Below the pieces are notes generated by a model that saw only the letters and a program-made list of their open reading frames with translations, ran no database searches and was not told the DNA's origin. From assembly GCA_044070495.1 (NCBI GenBank), contig JBIPSI010000002.1, positions 192,001 through 256,000 of the forward strand: a stretch of 64,000 bases of DNA, in the 5' to 3' direction. The DNA is from Spirulina sp. GTDB lineage: Bacteria > Cyanobacteriota > Cyanobacteriia > Phormidesmidales > Phormidesmidaceae. Position numbers and translations under genes: made by a program. This document shows positions 10,356-20,817 of this stretch, piece after piece (position 1 is the stretch's first letter; each line of letters begins with the position of its first letter).

Positions 10356-10533
10356 GGAGTTACTCTCGAACGAATGCTAATTACGTGCCCATGGGCTATA
10401 CGATTTTAGCGTCCAGTGGCTTTAGCGCCCAGTGGCGATTTCCAGGGGTGTTGTGGTCGCGGGGAAGCCGTTAGCCCATCCGTGATCACCGTGGTTAGTA
10501 TTCAGTGGCAAAGAAAGCCCCAATCCGAGGAGG

Positions 10534-11397
10534 CTAGGGGGAGTTAAGGCGATCCTGGAGGGAGGTGGGGCCAATATCTTGCAGGGTATAGCCCTGGGGG
10601 TAGGTGCGGATGGCTTGATCCACAAAAAAGTCCGGCTCGGTGCGAGGTGGTCTACGCCGCAGCAGGTGACTGCGGGCAGTGAGGGCCACCTTAGCCGCAG
10701 TCTGAAGCCAAGTCGGTGCAGGCTCCCAGCCCAGGGCCTTGATCAAGGCTTCATCTAGAAGGGCCGGAATACCGCCGTTGACGACACCCCGAAGCGGCGA
10801 CGGAAACCAGGACAACAGCATGGCGCGAGTGGCATTGGCCACCCGTTGGTTGCTGGGGTGGTGGGCAAAGTGCTGGGCTTCGTAGGCTTGGTTGAACTGC
10901 TCAAAGGCCTCATAGCTGGGCGGAATCTCCCGCAGCCCCATGTGCAGCCCCACCGCCTGCCAAAAGTAATAGCAGGCGAGCTTTTCGCTGTCGCAGGGGG
11001 GCCGCCAGCCAAAGCGATCCAACCAGCGAATCGGCTCGTAGATAAAGGTAGACAGGACGTAGAGAAAGTCCTCGTTGGCAATGGCGTAGTGGCCATGGAT
11101 GGCATTCATGCGCTGAATAAAGGCCATCCCCCTAGGGCTGTCGTAACCCTGCTTGAAGACTTCCGAGACCACAATGCCCGTGTCGTCGTAGCGCTTTTGG
11201 GCGTGGTGCTGAAATTCCCCCGTGCGGTCTAGCAATTGGGCAATGCTGGGCACACAAAAGGTTCGCAGCAGCGCCACTTCTAGGGATCGCGTCATGTCCC
11301 AGGGAAACTCATAGCCCGCCATCAGGTGACAAATACGCTGATGATCGACCTGGGGATCAAGCTGTTGAATGTGGCGCAGCGTTGCATAGCGATCCAT
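10534..11397 (-). CDS. MpaB/DUF2236 oxygenase-family protein
   Basis: YEFPWD, RTFCVPSIAQLLDRTGEF, KRYDDT, RMNAIH and NEDFLYVLSTF; start taken at MDRY. Confidence 0.8.
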   Translation of the reverse strand: MDRYATLRHIQQLDPQVDHQRICHLMAGYEFPWDMTRSLEVALLRTFCVPSIAQLLDRTGEFQHHAQKRYDDTGIVVSEVFKQGYDSPRGMAFIQRMNAIHGHYAIANEDFLYVLSTFIYEPIRWLDRFGWRPPCDSEKLACYYFWQAVGLHMGLREIPPSYEAFEQFNQAYEAQHFAHHPSNQRVANATRAMLLSWFPSPLRGVVNGGIPALLDEALIKALGWEPAPTWLQTAAKVALTARSHLLRRRPPRTEPDFFVDQAIRTYPQGYTLQDIGPTSLQDRLNSP

Positions 11398-11453
11398 TGC
11401 CCTACTCCATGTCACCCCAAGACCGCCGATTCACGGTTTTTCTCAGGATAACG

Positions 11454-12137
11454 TCAGTCGGCGTCTAGGGCATTGACATACTGGCTGACCAGGCTGTCTA
11501 TCCCGGTGATGGCGGTGCCCACCACCACCGCATAGGCTCCGGCCTCTAGGGCCGCACGGGCCATTTCTGGGGAGGCAATCCCCCCCTCGCACAGGACGGG
11601 CACCCCACAGCGGTCTACCATAGCCCGCAGCAGATCGAGGCTAGGAGGCGTTTCCGTTTGGGTGGCCTCGGTGTAGCCAAACAGGGTGGTGCCGACGCAA
11701 TCAGCCCCGGCTTCAACGGCCAGCAGAGCATTTTCTAGGCTGTCCACATCGGCCATCACGGGCTTGTGGAGGTGGGTGTGAATGTAGTGAATCAGATCGG
11801 CAAGGGTTTCTTGCCCAGGACGGGGGCGCTGGGTGGCATCCACCGCAATAATGTCGCTACCCGCTTGGGCGACGGCCTCGGCATGGTGGGCCTGGGGGGT
11901 GATATACACCGACGACGGCGGCAACACCTGTTTCCACAGGCCAATGATCGGCTGGCTGAGCCGACTTCGCACCGCCTGAATGTGGCTGGGGGAATCGATC
12001 CGCACGCCAACTGCCCCCCGCTGCACCGCCGCCGCCGCCATGGCCGCAATCACCTCAGGATGGTGTAGCGGTGAGGAAGCCGGGGCCTGACAGGACACCA
12101 CCAACCCACCCTGAATCCCCTGCAAACTTGCATTCAC
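11454..12137 (-). CDS. nanE: N-acetylmannosamine-6-phosphate 2-epimerase
   Basis: GLVVSCQA, PIIGLWK, VYITP, GTTLFGYT, EGGI and VVVGTAIT motifs. Confidence 0.92.
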   Translation of the reverse strand: MNASLQGIQGGLVVSCQAPASSPLHHPEVIAAMAAAAVQRGAVGVRIDSPSHIQAVRSRLSQPIIGLWKQVLPPSSVYITPQAHHAEAVAQAGSDIIAVDATQRPRPGQETLADLIHYIHTHLHKPVMADVDSLENALLAVEAGADCVGTTLFGYTEATQTETPPSLDLLRAMVDRCGVPVLCEGGIASPEMARAALEAGAYAVVVGTAITGIDSLVSQYVNALDAD

Positions 12138-12296
12138 GCGACAAACTCTCTTTTTTAGATATTTTTCCTAATCGATAACAGATTCCCGATGCCGAACGGA
12201 CTCCCGGTATCGATGCGAGTATACGGTGTGGACTTCTCCTTGCGAAAGGGCTTCACTACGGGGTAATCCTACATTCTGATTAATTGCCGCTGATTT

Positions 12297-12319
12297 GGAC
12301 GGGGAGACCCCGTCCCTAC
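12297..12319 (-). repeat. GTAG-type REP-like palindrome
   Basis: Minus strand reads GTAGGGACGGGGTCTCCCCGTCC, nearly identical to the copy at 55475. Confidence 0.7.
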
Positions 12320-12322
12320 AGG

Positions 12323-14134
12323 TTATGGGGTTGGGGCCTGGGGTTGGACATCGGTAGACAGGAGGGGGAGATGCAGGCAGGAGGCCCAGTCTGCCCCATG
12401 CCATAGGGTGAGGGTAATGATGCGGTGATTGATTTGGGGCGTGAAGTTTCCTTCGTCCCCGGTGCCGCTGTTGACGGGGTAGGCCGGAAAGGCCGCAGCA
12501 GCCACACTAAGCCGGAGGGCGTGGCCGGGGGGCAGGGTGAAACAGGTAGTTTGCAGCGCTAGGGAAAGGGCCTGGGGGGTAGGTTGACCCGATATTGGAT
12601 TCGATTCTGTGAGGTTCTCTGCCCCTGCGAGGTTATCTGATCCTCCGAGGTGAATGGGATTCTCTGACAACCTAAACCGACCGTAGCCCTGGGTGAGGTT
12701 GAAGGCACGACCATCGGGGTAGACCTCGGAGAGGACGGCACTGAGGTCTACGCTGGGGGCATCGGCGGTGAGGTAGAGGGTGAGGGTGGGGGTGCCCGTA
12801 ACCTTTAGGAAATCCGCGAGGGGTGGGGTGCTGTAGGTGAGGACATCACTGCGGCCATCGAGGGCGGCGCGGTCGAAACTGCCGGAGGGAATGCCGCTGT
12901 GGCCCCCTAGGGAAGGCACGGGTCGCCAGGGGTCGTGGACGATGACATCGTAGCTAGCGGGAAGATTCACGGTCTTGGGAGATAGGTGCCCATCATCGAG
13001 GCGCATTCCGGCCAGTCCGCTGCTATGGAGGTAGTAGGGGGTGGAGTGCGCTTGAGGCCAGTGGAGCCAGTCTTGCCAGCGGTTGGTGCCCATAGCAAAC
13101 AACCGCACCGGAGAATCCTGGCTTAGCCCTTCATCCTGGCCTTTCAAATCCTGACCCTTCAACCAGTGGTTAAACCAGCGCAGTTGTAGCCGATCCACCG
13201 GGTTATCGGCCTCTGGGCCAAAGTCCCTCGCGCCCACCCGCCGACTCCAGGGCAAATGCCCCCAGGGGCCAATCCACAGGTATTGGGGGGCCTGACTCTG
13301 GGCCTGCATCTGGTGATACAGCCGCAGGGTGCCGCGTAGGTAGGGGTCGAACCAGCCGCCTAGGTGCAACATCGGCAAATCCACCCCGGTCAAATCGGGA
13401 TGCAGGGCTTGCCAGTAGGCATCGGGGTTGGGGTGGTTGCGCCACAGGTGAAAAAACGAGTCGGGGGCCAGGTCTCGCAACAGGTCAGGATCGGCGGGAT
13501 TTGGGGCATCCAGGGGAAGCTGGTGGCCCGCCTGATACAGGGCGTGGTAGGCCGCTGCATCCCCCGACCGCCGAGCCGTTTCCGCCGCCAGTTGGAAAGC
13601 CCAGCCCAGCCCAGCCTGCAACAGCAACGCCCCATTTTCGTAGGCCCAGTCGGCATAGAGGTCGTAGCCCACCATGGCCGGAGCGATGGCCTTCAGCGGT
13701 TCTGGGCGGCGGGCGGCGGCATAGAGTTGGGTCATGCCCTGGTAGGAAAAGCCATACATGCCCACTTCGCCGCTGCTTTTGGGCAGGTTGGCGGCCCACA
13801 GCACCGTGGCATAGCCATCGTCCGCCTCGTCCTCAAACAGGCGAAACGTGCCGCCAGAACTGCCCCGCCCCCGCACATCCTGAATCACCACAAGGTAGCC
13901 GTGGCTGGCATACCAGGTGGGATGGGCATAGACCACGGTGGAGGCAATGGCCCGTCCGTAGGGCTGTCGCATCAGCAGAACAGGGAATGGCCCTGGCCCG
14001 TCGGGGTAGTAGACATCGGCCTCTAGGGTGATGGAGGAAGGGGGGAGTCGGGAGTCGGGAGTTGGGGAAGGGGGGAGTGACCCTGGCAGGGTGAGGGTCA
14101 GTACTTGCTTTGGACAAACGGTGTATGGCCCCAT
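12323..14134 (-). CDS. CocE/NonD family serine hydrolase
   Basis: LMRQPYG, QDVRGRGSSGG, GFSYQG nucleophile, GGWFD and IGPWGH, plus a C-terminal jelly-roll (PepX_C-like) domain. Confidence 0.9.
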   Translation of the reverse strand: MGPYTVCPKQVLTLTLPGSLPPSPTPDSRLPPSSITLEADVYYPDGPGPFPVLLMRQPYGRAIASTVVYAHPTWYASHGYLVVIQDVRGRGSSGGTFRLFEDEADDGYATVLWAANLPKSSGEVGMYGFSYQGMTQLYAAARRPEPLKAIAPAMVGYDLYADWAYENGALLLQAGLGWAFQLAAETARRSGDAAAYHALYQAGHQLPLDAPNPADPDLLRDLAPDSFFHLWRNHPNPDAYWQALHPDLTGVDLPMLHLGGWFDPYLRGTLRLYHQMQAQSQAPQYLWIGPWGHLPWSRRVGARDFGPEADNPVDRLQLRWFNHWLKGQDLKGQDEGLSQDSPVRLFAMGTNRWQDWLHWPQAHSTPYYLHSSGLAGMRLDDGHLSPKTVNLPASYDVIVHDPWRPVPSLGGHSGIPSGSFDRAALDGRSDVLTYSTPPLADFLKVTGTPTLTLYLTADAPSVDLSAVLSEVYPDGRAFNLTQGYGRFRLSENPIHLGGSDNLAGAENLTESNPISGQPTPQALSLALQTTCFTLPPGHALRLSVAAAAFPAYPVNSGTGDEGNFTPQINHRIITLTLWHGADWASCLHLPLLSTDVQPQAPTP

Positions 14135-14377
14135 GGATCGTGGTGTAAAAAGTAGTGTGAGCAGTGGTGTGAACAGTTGTCAGGCGCTTAATCCCAGTGT
14201 GACCTAGTCAGGGCGTGACCTAGTTAGGGAGAAGGGCAGGCGGCCAAGGGGAAATCCCTGGGGCAACAGTTCGGCTTTCAATACCTAGGCAATCCCATAA
14301 TCTCTGACAGAATAGAGCCGTGGGTTGCTCGGTAGCCCGCTGATTCACCCCCATCCTCGCGGAGGAGCGCTTAAATT

Positions 14378-14701
14378 ATGGATACCAACAACCTGCTACG
14401 GCAATTGCTAATGATTGGCGTGGGCACCACCTCCCTGGTGGCGGAGCGGCTGAAGCAGGTGACCGAGGACTGGGTGCGGGAGGGCAAGTTTAACCCCGAC
14501 CAGGCCAAGGGCTTTGTGGATGAGGTGATGGCCCAACTCAACGTGAACAATGCCGCCCTCGAAGATCAGTTTCAGCGGCTATTTCGCAACACGCTTCAAG
14601 ATTTGGGTGTGCCCCGACAGGCGGAAATGGACGAACTGCGGGGTCGTCTCGACCGCCTAGAACGGCAGATGCGCGATCTAGAAAACCGCACCTGGAAGTA
14701 A
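14378..14701 (+). CDS. Phasin-like / granule-associated small coiled-coil protein
   Basis: LLMIGVGTTSLVAE...LGVPRQAEMDELRGRLDRLE; GGAGGAG SD upstream. Confidence 0.75.
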   Translation: MDTNNLLRQLLMIGVGTTSLVAERLKQVTEDWVREGKFNPDQAKGFVDEVMAQLNVNNAALEDQFQRLFRNTLQDLGVPRQAEMDELRGRLDRLERQMRDLENRTWK

Positions 14702-14714
14702 GTCGGTCGCGAGT

Positions 14715-15665
14715 TCAATAGGCGGGCTGATCGGGGGGAGGGACAAAACCAGGGGGTAGCGGGCTGAGTTGTCCGGTATACACCAGGGTTTGGCGCAGCA
14801 TAGCGACGACTTCGGCACGGCTGGCGTTGCGATTGGGTTCTAGGCGCTTGACCTGGGGGTAGCGCGTCACCAAATTGGCCTCTAGGGTGGCAATTAGGGC
14901 GGGTTTGGCCCAGGCGGGCACTTGATCCGTATCCAGGTAATCTCGCAGCACCCGATCTGGACTGCTGCTCGACTTGAGGTTTAGCCCATTGGCGAGGGCC
15001 AACATCACCTGAAGCCGAGTCACAGCCTCGTCAGGACGGAAGGTGCCATCGGGATAACCCGTGAGAAACCCCTGCTCAACGGCGGCTTGAATATGGGGAA
15101 CCGCCCAGTGGTTAGCATCAACGTCGGTATAGGCGGTGGGGCGAAGTTCCTGGGGCGTGAGGACAAAAAGGCGGCTAAGCTGGGCGGCAAATTCGGCTCG
15201 GCTCATCGGATCATTGGGGCGAAAGGTGCCGTCGGGGAAGCCCTTAATGAATCGTCGCTGGGCGAGGTCTTCTAGAATTGGAGCCGCCCAGGGGGCAAGG
15301 TCAAGGTCGTTAAAAGAAGGGCGGGGCGACTGACTGGGGTTGGATGGCCACACCTCCTGGGGGGAGAGGGGTTGTAGCATCGGCGGTGGCGGAATCTCCA
15401 GGGGCGGGGCGGGGCGAACCCTAAGGGATGCCAAAAGACGCAGGGGATTTGGGAAACCGGGAACGGTCACCTGATCGACGGGGTGATCGCCTGGGAGATC
15501 GGAATTCAGGTGGGTTTGGTTAGAAGGGTGCTGCCGTTGCCGTTGCCAAAACCCTCCGGTGATGCCCGCCGCCACCCCCATAATCAGCACCGCTAGGGCG
15601 AATTTTGGCTGGAGACGAGCAGAACGTCGTTTGAACCCTGGCAAAGACGGCATGGGTACCCCCAC
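14715..15665 (-). CDS. S-layer homology (SLH) domain protein with N-terminal TM anchor
   Basis: Three SLH repeats (GFPDGTFRPNDPMSRAE, GYPDGTFRPDEAVTR, LEPNRNASRAE). Confidence 0.88.
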   Translation of the reverse strand: MGVPMPSLPGFKRRSARLQPKFALAVLIMGVAAGITGGFWQRQRQHPSNQTHLNSDLPGDHPVDQVTVPGFPNPLRLLASLRVRPAPPLEIPPPPMLQPLSPQEVWPSNPSQSPRPSFNDLDLAPWAAPILEDLAQRRFIKGFPDGTFRPNDPMSRAEFAAQLSRLFVLTPQELRPTAYTDVDANHWAVPHIQAAVEQGFLTGYPDGTFRPDEAVTRLQVMLALANGLNLKSSSSPDRVLRDYLDTDQVPAWAKPALIATLEANLVTRYPQVKRLEPNRNASRAEVVAMLRQTLVYTGQLSPLPPGFVPPPDQPAY

Positions 15666-16036
15666 AACACAGGCAAGCTAAGGCTAGCGCAGTTTTTAAG
15701 GTTTGACGTTGTTGCCTCGCCCTGGGGATGGGCCGTGGGGATAGGCAGAACAGATGGGCGAAGAAGAATGGGACAAAACGAGGGAAAAGTCAGTTTAGTG
15801 GGTAAGTATACTGGATCGGTGCAGCGGTTGTGGTCTCATTTTGGCAGGTCAGACTTGGCGCAGATCTTCCTTAACAGGGCAGAACCAACTAGGGCGGAAC
15901 AGGACGACAACTCAGCCATGCGCCGAGTAGAGGCGATCCCTGGGCGATCCCCAACGCTAACCCGTCCATCGCGCCTAGTCTATACTGCTGATAGTCTGTC
16001 AGAACGATGACTCGAAGTTCCCATTGTCGGAAAAGC

Positions 16037-16768
16037 ATGAAACAGCGTATCGGACAACTCACTCTATTGACCATGGCAGCCCTAACCGGGGCAATCATGA
16101 TATCCCTGGGGCCGAGGATGGCTTCCCCCCAGGCCATGGCCAAACCCTCCCCCGGACAGGTTGCCGCCGCTACGCCCATCCCAGTCTATCGTCCCCAAGC
16201 CCCCATTCTGCTTCAGGGGGTGGTGGCTCCCCTCAATTCCCTGCGCCTGATGAAGCGGGCCTTGGCTGTAGCCGAGGATCCCAACAGTCGCACAGGCCTG
16301 CCCCTGCTGGATATCCTCAACGAACCCCTCAAAACAACGGGCCTTGGCCCCATTCAAATTGGCATGACCCTCGATGAGCTAGCGGACACCGGCCTGACAC
16401 CCATCGCCATGGATGGGTTAGGTCAGGGTGCTTGCCAGTACTATCGCATTCAGGGCAACAGCGAACCCATCGGCTTGATGGTTATTGATGATCGCATTCT
16501 GCGTATAGATGTGTGGCCCGGGAGCTTAATTGAAACGCGCAGTGGCGCAAAAATTGGCTCCACGGAGGCCGATCTGGTACGGCTCTACGAAGGTCGGCTC
16601 GAAGCCACCGCCAACCCCGTTACCCTGGGTAAGACTATTGTTTTTAGGCCCAGGGATCCCGGAGAAGATCTCTTTCGCCTCGTGTTTGAGACCGATGACC
16701 GAGGGCAGGTGGTGCAGTATCGTGCCGGACAGTTTCCCTCGGTGACTTGGCCAGAGGGATGTCTGTAG
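16037..16768 (+). CDS. Secreted hypothetical protein
   Basis: Signal peptide from MKQRIG; GLGPIQIGMT, RIDV, SGAKIGSTE, FETD and a C-terminal EGC. Confidence 0.7.
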   Translation: MKQRIGQLTLLTMAALTGAIMISLGPRMASPQAMAKPSPGQVAAATPIPVYRPQAPILLQGVVAPLNSLRLMKRALAVAEDPNSRTGLPLLDILNEPLKTTGLGPIQIGMTLDELADTGLTPIAMDGLGQGACQYYRIQGNSEPIGLMVIDDRILRIDVWPGSLIETRSGAKIGSTEADLVRLYEGRLEATANPVTLGKTIVFRPRDPGEDLFRLVFETDDRGQVVQYRAGQFPSVTWPEGCL

Positions 16769-16788
16769 GGTCTCGGCTTCAACTGGCT

Positions 16789-16878
16789 CTAGAGGGTGCA
16801 TTGCTTCGAGTGTAGTCAGCCCTTCGGGCATGGCGGACGCTAGGGCGCTAGCCTTGCCTTGACGTTATGCATCCTACG
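16789..16878. repeat. Split REP-like element (copy A)
   Basis: Ends CTAGAGGGTGCATTGC and CCTTGACGTTATGCATCCTACG are shared with 22841-22951. Confidence 0.55.
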
Positions 16879-16902
16879 CCTGTTGACACGACCTGGAAGA
16901 AG

Positions 16903-18351
16903 CTAGGGTTCTTGCTGAGCTTTCTGAGCTTTGTATTTTTCTTTGAAAATGGCCTGCTGGATTTTGTGATCGACGATAGGGGTGGGATAGCCCAGGCGAT
17001 CACCGATCTGCGCCGGAATCTTCCCAGTCACCAAGACCTGGGTATCGAGGGATTTTAGCTCCGGCACCCACTGGCGGATGTAGTCGCCATCGGGGTCAAA
17101 CTTTTGGGCTTGGCTGGCGGGGTTGAAGATCCGCAGGGGCTTTGGATCCATACCGCTGGAGGCGCTCCATTGCCAGCCGCCGTTGTTAGCCGCCAGATCG
17201 CCATCCACCAGGGTTTGCATAAAGTACTTTTCGCCCCACTGCCAGTTGATGATCAGGTCTTTGGTCAAAAAGCTGGCCACAATCATGCGGCAGCGGTTGT
17301 GCATCCAGCCCGTTTCCCGCAGTTGACGCATGGCGGCATCCACGATGGGGTAGCCCGTACGGCCCTCACACCAGGCGGCGAACTGGTCTTCGTCGTTAAC
17401 CCAGGGAAAGGTTTTCCACTGGGGACGATAGGGGCCATCGGCCAGTTCTGGGAAGGCGTAGAGAACGTGCTGATAAAACTCGCGCCAAGCGATCTCCTGC
17501 TGCCAGGTTTGCACATTGTCGCGGGCTTCGTCGCTGCGGCAGCGGTCGTAGGCTTCGGCGGCGGCGGCCCACAGGGTTCGGATGCCAATGGCCCCAAACT
17601 TGAGGGCGGCGCTGAGCCGGGAGGTGCCATCGACGGCGGGGAAATTGCGCTGTTCGTCGTAGGTGCCGATGGCGTGGTCGTCGTCGCAAAATTCCAGCAG
17701 CCGTGCCTGGGCGGCTTCCTCCCCCGGTTCAACGGGAAAGCCGTTGTCCCACAGAAAACCCAAGTCCTTAGCGGTGGGTAGCGGCAGACACCCCACCGTT
17801 TTGGCCGTCTGACGTTCGACCTCGCTGAGTCCTTGAAGTTTGGCAGGAGCAGCTACGGGGGCGAGCTTGACTCGCCTGTTCCAGTTCTTCCAGAAGGGGC
17901 CGTAGACGGTATAGGGCTGGCCTGCCCCGGTGCAAACCTCCCCCGGTGCGTGGAGGAGTTGATCCCAGAACACCGTTTCGTAGGCGACCCCCACCGCCTT
18001 TAACCCCTCGACCACCGCCTTATCTCGCTGACGGGAGTAGGGTTCCACATCCCGGTTCCAGTAGACTGCCGTGGCTCTGAGGGCCTGGGCAAGGGCGGGA
18101 ATTTTCTGGCGGGGATCCCCCTGGAGAATGAGCAGATCACTGCCCAGTTGGGCGTAGCGCTGTTGAAGCTGCTCTAGACAGCCAATCATATAGGCCACCC
18201 GCACCGGGGCAACCTCATCCCCTTGCAGCAAGCCTGGATCCAGGCAGAATAGGCCCACCACTTTGGGACTGCGTTCACGGGCAGCGGCGAGGCCCAGGTT
18301 ATCCGCGAGGCGCAGGTCGCGACGATGCCAAAAAAGGATTAAATCTGCCAT
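16903..18351 (-). CDS. phrA: Deoxyribodipyrimidine (CPD) photolyase
   Basis: [50 protein letters not shown] and NNGGWQW; start taken at MADLILFW. Confidence 0.93.
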   Translation of the reverse strand: MADLILFWHRRDLRLADNLGLAAARERSPKVVGLFCLDPGLLQGDEVAPVRVAYMIGCLEQLQQRYAQLGSDLLILQGDPRQKIPALAQALRATAVYWNRDVEPYSRQRDKAVVEGLKAVGVAYETVFWDQLLHAPGEVCTGAGQPYTVYGPFWKNWNRRVKLAPVAAPAKLQGLSEVERQTAKTVGCLPLPTAKDLGFLWDNGFPVEPGEEAAQARLLEFCDDDHAIGTYDEQRNFPAVDGTSRLSAALKFGAIGIRTLWAAAAEAYDRCRSDEARDNVQTWQQEIAWREFYQHVLYAFPELADGPYRPQWKTFPWVNDEDQFAAWCEGRTGYPIVDAAMRQLRETGWMHNRCRMIVASFLTKDLIINWQWGEKYFMQTLVDGDLAANNGGWQWSASSGMDPKPLRIFNPASQAQKFDPDGDYIRQWVPELKSLDTQVLVTGKIPAQIGDRLGYPTPIVDHKIQQAIFKEKYKAQKAQQEP

Positions 18352-18488
18352 TAAAAACGCTCGAAGCACAGGAATGCCGGGTTACAGTATAGTCCTGAAT
18401 TTGGCGTCCTTGCAGCGGCGGATCTGGCCTAGGTTTGGCCCTCGCGGCAACCGCCACTTCCCCCAGACCCTTTCCAGGAGACCTTGCC

Positions 18489-18653
18489 ATGCAGCAGAAC
18501 AAATTGATCATCACCAGCACCTTCCAGGGCTACCTCACCTTTTTGGCCGAAACCCAGCCCAGCCTCTCCCCAGAGGTGGCCTGCCAGGTGGCCGCTGTGC
18601 TCACCCAGGCGGAATTTAGCCTGCAAATGGCCGAAAATACCCGTAAAGCCTAG
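18489..18653 (+). CDS. Small hypothetical protein (54 aa)
   Basis: AGGAG SD before ATG 18489; sequence MQQNKLIITSTFQGYL...; typical codon usage. Confidence 0.5.
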   Translation: MQQNKLIITSTFQGYLTFLAETQPSLSPEVACQVAAVLTQAEFSLQMAENTRKA

Positions 18654-18677
18654 GCCAAATCGTCAACAACAAGGCGT

Positions 18678-18713
18678 AAAAAAACGGGTCTGGGGCCAAG
18701 GCCACCACACCCG
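18678..18713 (-). terminator. Rho-independent terminator after the DUF1028 gene
   Basis: CGGGT...ACCCG hairpin next to an A7 tract (U7 on the minus strand). Confidence 0.6.
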
Positions 18714-18763
18714 CTAGTGTCAGACGTAACTCGGAATCAGCGGTACCGCCAAGCCCGACGGCC

Positions 18764-19480
18764 CTAGACGGCCTTGGGTAGCCAGATCGGATCGACCTTG
18801 CGGGGCATGGTTAGGTGGTCGGGCATGGTTTGCCGGAAGGACTGGTAGTAGTCCTTGTGGGCCTCGTCGTGGAGGGTACGCAACAGGACAATGGGGTCAT
18901 CGTGGTGATCCACCCGTAGATCGAGGTGGGGGTAGACGGTTTTATCCACCACGTAGAGCGCCGCCGACTGTCGGCCCCGCTTATCGCCCCCGGCCTGGTC
19001 ACCCGCCTCTAGGGCCAAGAGCAAACGGTCGGTGAAGCTAGCCTCTGGGTGGGATTGGTAGGCGCTGGCCATGGCCTCTAGGACGGCTGGCCCCACCAGC
19101 ATATTCCCGGCTACCGAGAACCCCGGAAAGGTCAGGTGTCCGGCCCAGTCGGTGCAGTCCTCCCCTGTCCAGGCGGCACTGTGGCCATGGTGATCGACGA
19201 GGTGCACCTGGCGCTGCTGGCGATCCCCATCGTTTTGCAGCAGCAAATCCAGCACCACATCCGCCGAAGCCGTGCTAAAGGGACTCTCGGTGGCCTGCCG
19301 ACGCTCTAGCAGGTCTAGCCCCCAAACCCCTAGTAGAGGGTTAGTCTGGGCCTGGGTGGCCACCGCCCCTACGCCAGCCCTGGCATGGGGCACCAAGGCC
19401 CCCACGGCCAAATGTTTTGTGGCCACCGCCACCCCAGTCATGCCCGTAGTAGCATCCCAAGCGACAATGGAAAACGTCAT
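18764..19480 (-). CDS. DUF1028 family protein (Ntn-hydrolase-like)
   Basis: MTFSIVA start, GAVATQA, AGNML, AGGDKRGRQSAAL and DLRVDHH. Confidence 0.88.
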   Translation of the reverse strand: MTFSIVAWDATTGMTGVAVATKHLAVGALVPHARAGVGAVATQAQTNPLLGVWGLDLLERRQATESPFSTASADVVLDLLLQNDGDRQQRQVHLVDHHGHSAAWTGEDCTDWAGHLTFPGFSVAGNMLVGPAVLEAMASAYQSHPEASFTDRLLLALEAGDQAGGDKRGRQSAALYVVDKTVYPHLDLRVDHHDDPIVLLRTLHDEAHKDYYQSFRQTMPDHLTMPRKVDPIWLPKAV

Positions 19481-19558
19481 AGGTAAGTCCGTAAGGATTT
19501 AATTAAGATTTGTATTCAGTGCACATTGTTATTCTGAAAGGTTTCTGAAATCAAGACT

Positions 19559-19572
19559 GTTGTGGATCATAC
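19559..19572 (-). promoter_or_regulatory. Putative NtcA box
   Basis: Minus strand GTATGATCCACAAC (GTA-N8-AAC), followed 22 nt later by CAGAAT, a -10-like hexamer at class-II spacing toward DUF1028. Confidence 0.4.
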
Positions 19573-19740
19573 GGTTCTTGGTGGGCAAAAACGGCAACGG
19601 GGTTGCTGTAGATTGGGAAAAATCTAGGCGACAGGGGCAAGTTGACGGCTTTCCCAAGGGTGCCGCCCTATCCCTCGACGGCCTGTGATTCCCCAAACAA
19701 CCCTGCATCCACCCCCGATCCACCCCGTCCACTCCCCACG

Positions 19741-20751
19741 ATGACCACCTGCTTTCAACAACTAGCCCAGGCGTTGACCCATGGCCCCGCTGTTTTGGCT
19801 ACGGTCATCGGTGTCCGGGGTTCGGTTCCCCGTGAGGTGGGGGCGCGGCTGGTGGTAGATGCCCAGGGCCAAGCCTTCAACACCATCGGCGGCGGGGCAG
19901 GGGAGGCCAAGGTGCTGGCCCAAGCGCAGATCGTGCTGCAAACGGGCGTGTCCCAAATGGTGGAGATTGACCTCACGGGCGCACCGAATCGCCAAACCCA
20001 GGGCGTTTGTGGCGGTCAGATGCAGGTGTGGCTAGAGCGCTGGCAAGGGGAAACCGCCCTGGCCCTGGCCCAGACCATTGTGCAGCGGCTCCAGCGGGGG
20101 CAAACCGTCACCCTGGTGACCCCCCTGGATGGGGCAGGCACCCCCTATCTCAGCGAAACGCCCTCTGATCTTGACCCTGGCCTCGGCCCCGCCGCCGCCT
20201 TTGTAGAGACCCTGCAACCACCGCCCCTGCTGCTGATCGTGGGCGCTGGCCATGTGGGGGTGCAACTGGCCAAGGTAGCCCACCTGGCCGGGTTCGAGAT
20301 CGCCATCCAGGACGACCGCCCCGACTGGGCTAATACGCGGCTCTATCCCCAGGCAAGCCACCTGCTGGCCCAGCCCATCGAACCGGCCCTCGCCCCCTTG
20401 GCCAACCATCCCAGCCTCTACGTTGCCCTGGTTACCCGTGGCTACACCTACGACCTAGAAGCCCTCACCCAGCTTTTACAACGCCCTATCCCCTGCCCCT
20501 ACATCGGCATGATCGGCAGCGAAAAGCGAGTGCGCCAGGTGTACCAAGCCCTCGAACAATCGGGTATCCCTCGCTCCAGGTTGGCCAATATCTATGGCCC
20601 CATCGGCCTGGATATCGAAGCCCTCACCCCCGAAGAAATTGCCGTCAGCATCACCGCCGAACTGATTATGGTGCGACGCGGCGGCACCGGACGGCCCCTG
20701 TCTGAACGCCTCCGCCAGCAAATGCAGGGTGGCCATAGCGTCACCCTGTGA
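19741..20751 (+). CDS. xdhC: XdhC/CoxI xanthine dehydrogenase accessory (Moco maturation) protein
   Basis: GSVPREVGA, TIGGG, GVCGG, IVGAGHV, DDR, YIGMIGS and PIGLDI...TPEEIAVSI. Confidence 0.88.
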   Translation: MTTCFQQLAQALTHGPAVLATVIGVRGSVPREVGARLVVDAQGQAFNTIGGGAGEAKVLAQAQIVLQTGVSQMVEIDLTGAPNRQTQGVCGGQMQVWLERWQGETALALAQTIVQRLQRGQTVTLVTPLDGAGTPYLSETPSDLDPGLGPAAAFVETLQPPPLLLIVGAGHVGVQLAKVAHLAGFEIAIQDDRPDWANTRLYPQASHLLAQPIEPALAPLANHPSLYVALVTRGYTYDLEALTQLLQRPIPCPYIGMIGSEKRVRQVYQALEQSGIPRSRLANIYGPIGLDIEALTPEEIAVSITAELIMVRRGGTGRPLSERLRQQMQGGHSVTL

Positions 20752-20817
20752 ACCTGGGCACTGCGTAAACCTTTATGGCTAACTTCGTTTGGGGCCAAGT
20801 CCAGGGGCAGGATAGAC

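Noticed and set aside
19481..19740. Possible guanidine or purine riboswitch near DUF1028/xdhC
   Set aside because: No recognisable consensus motifs on either strand.
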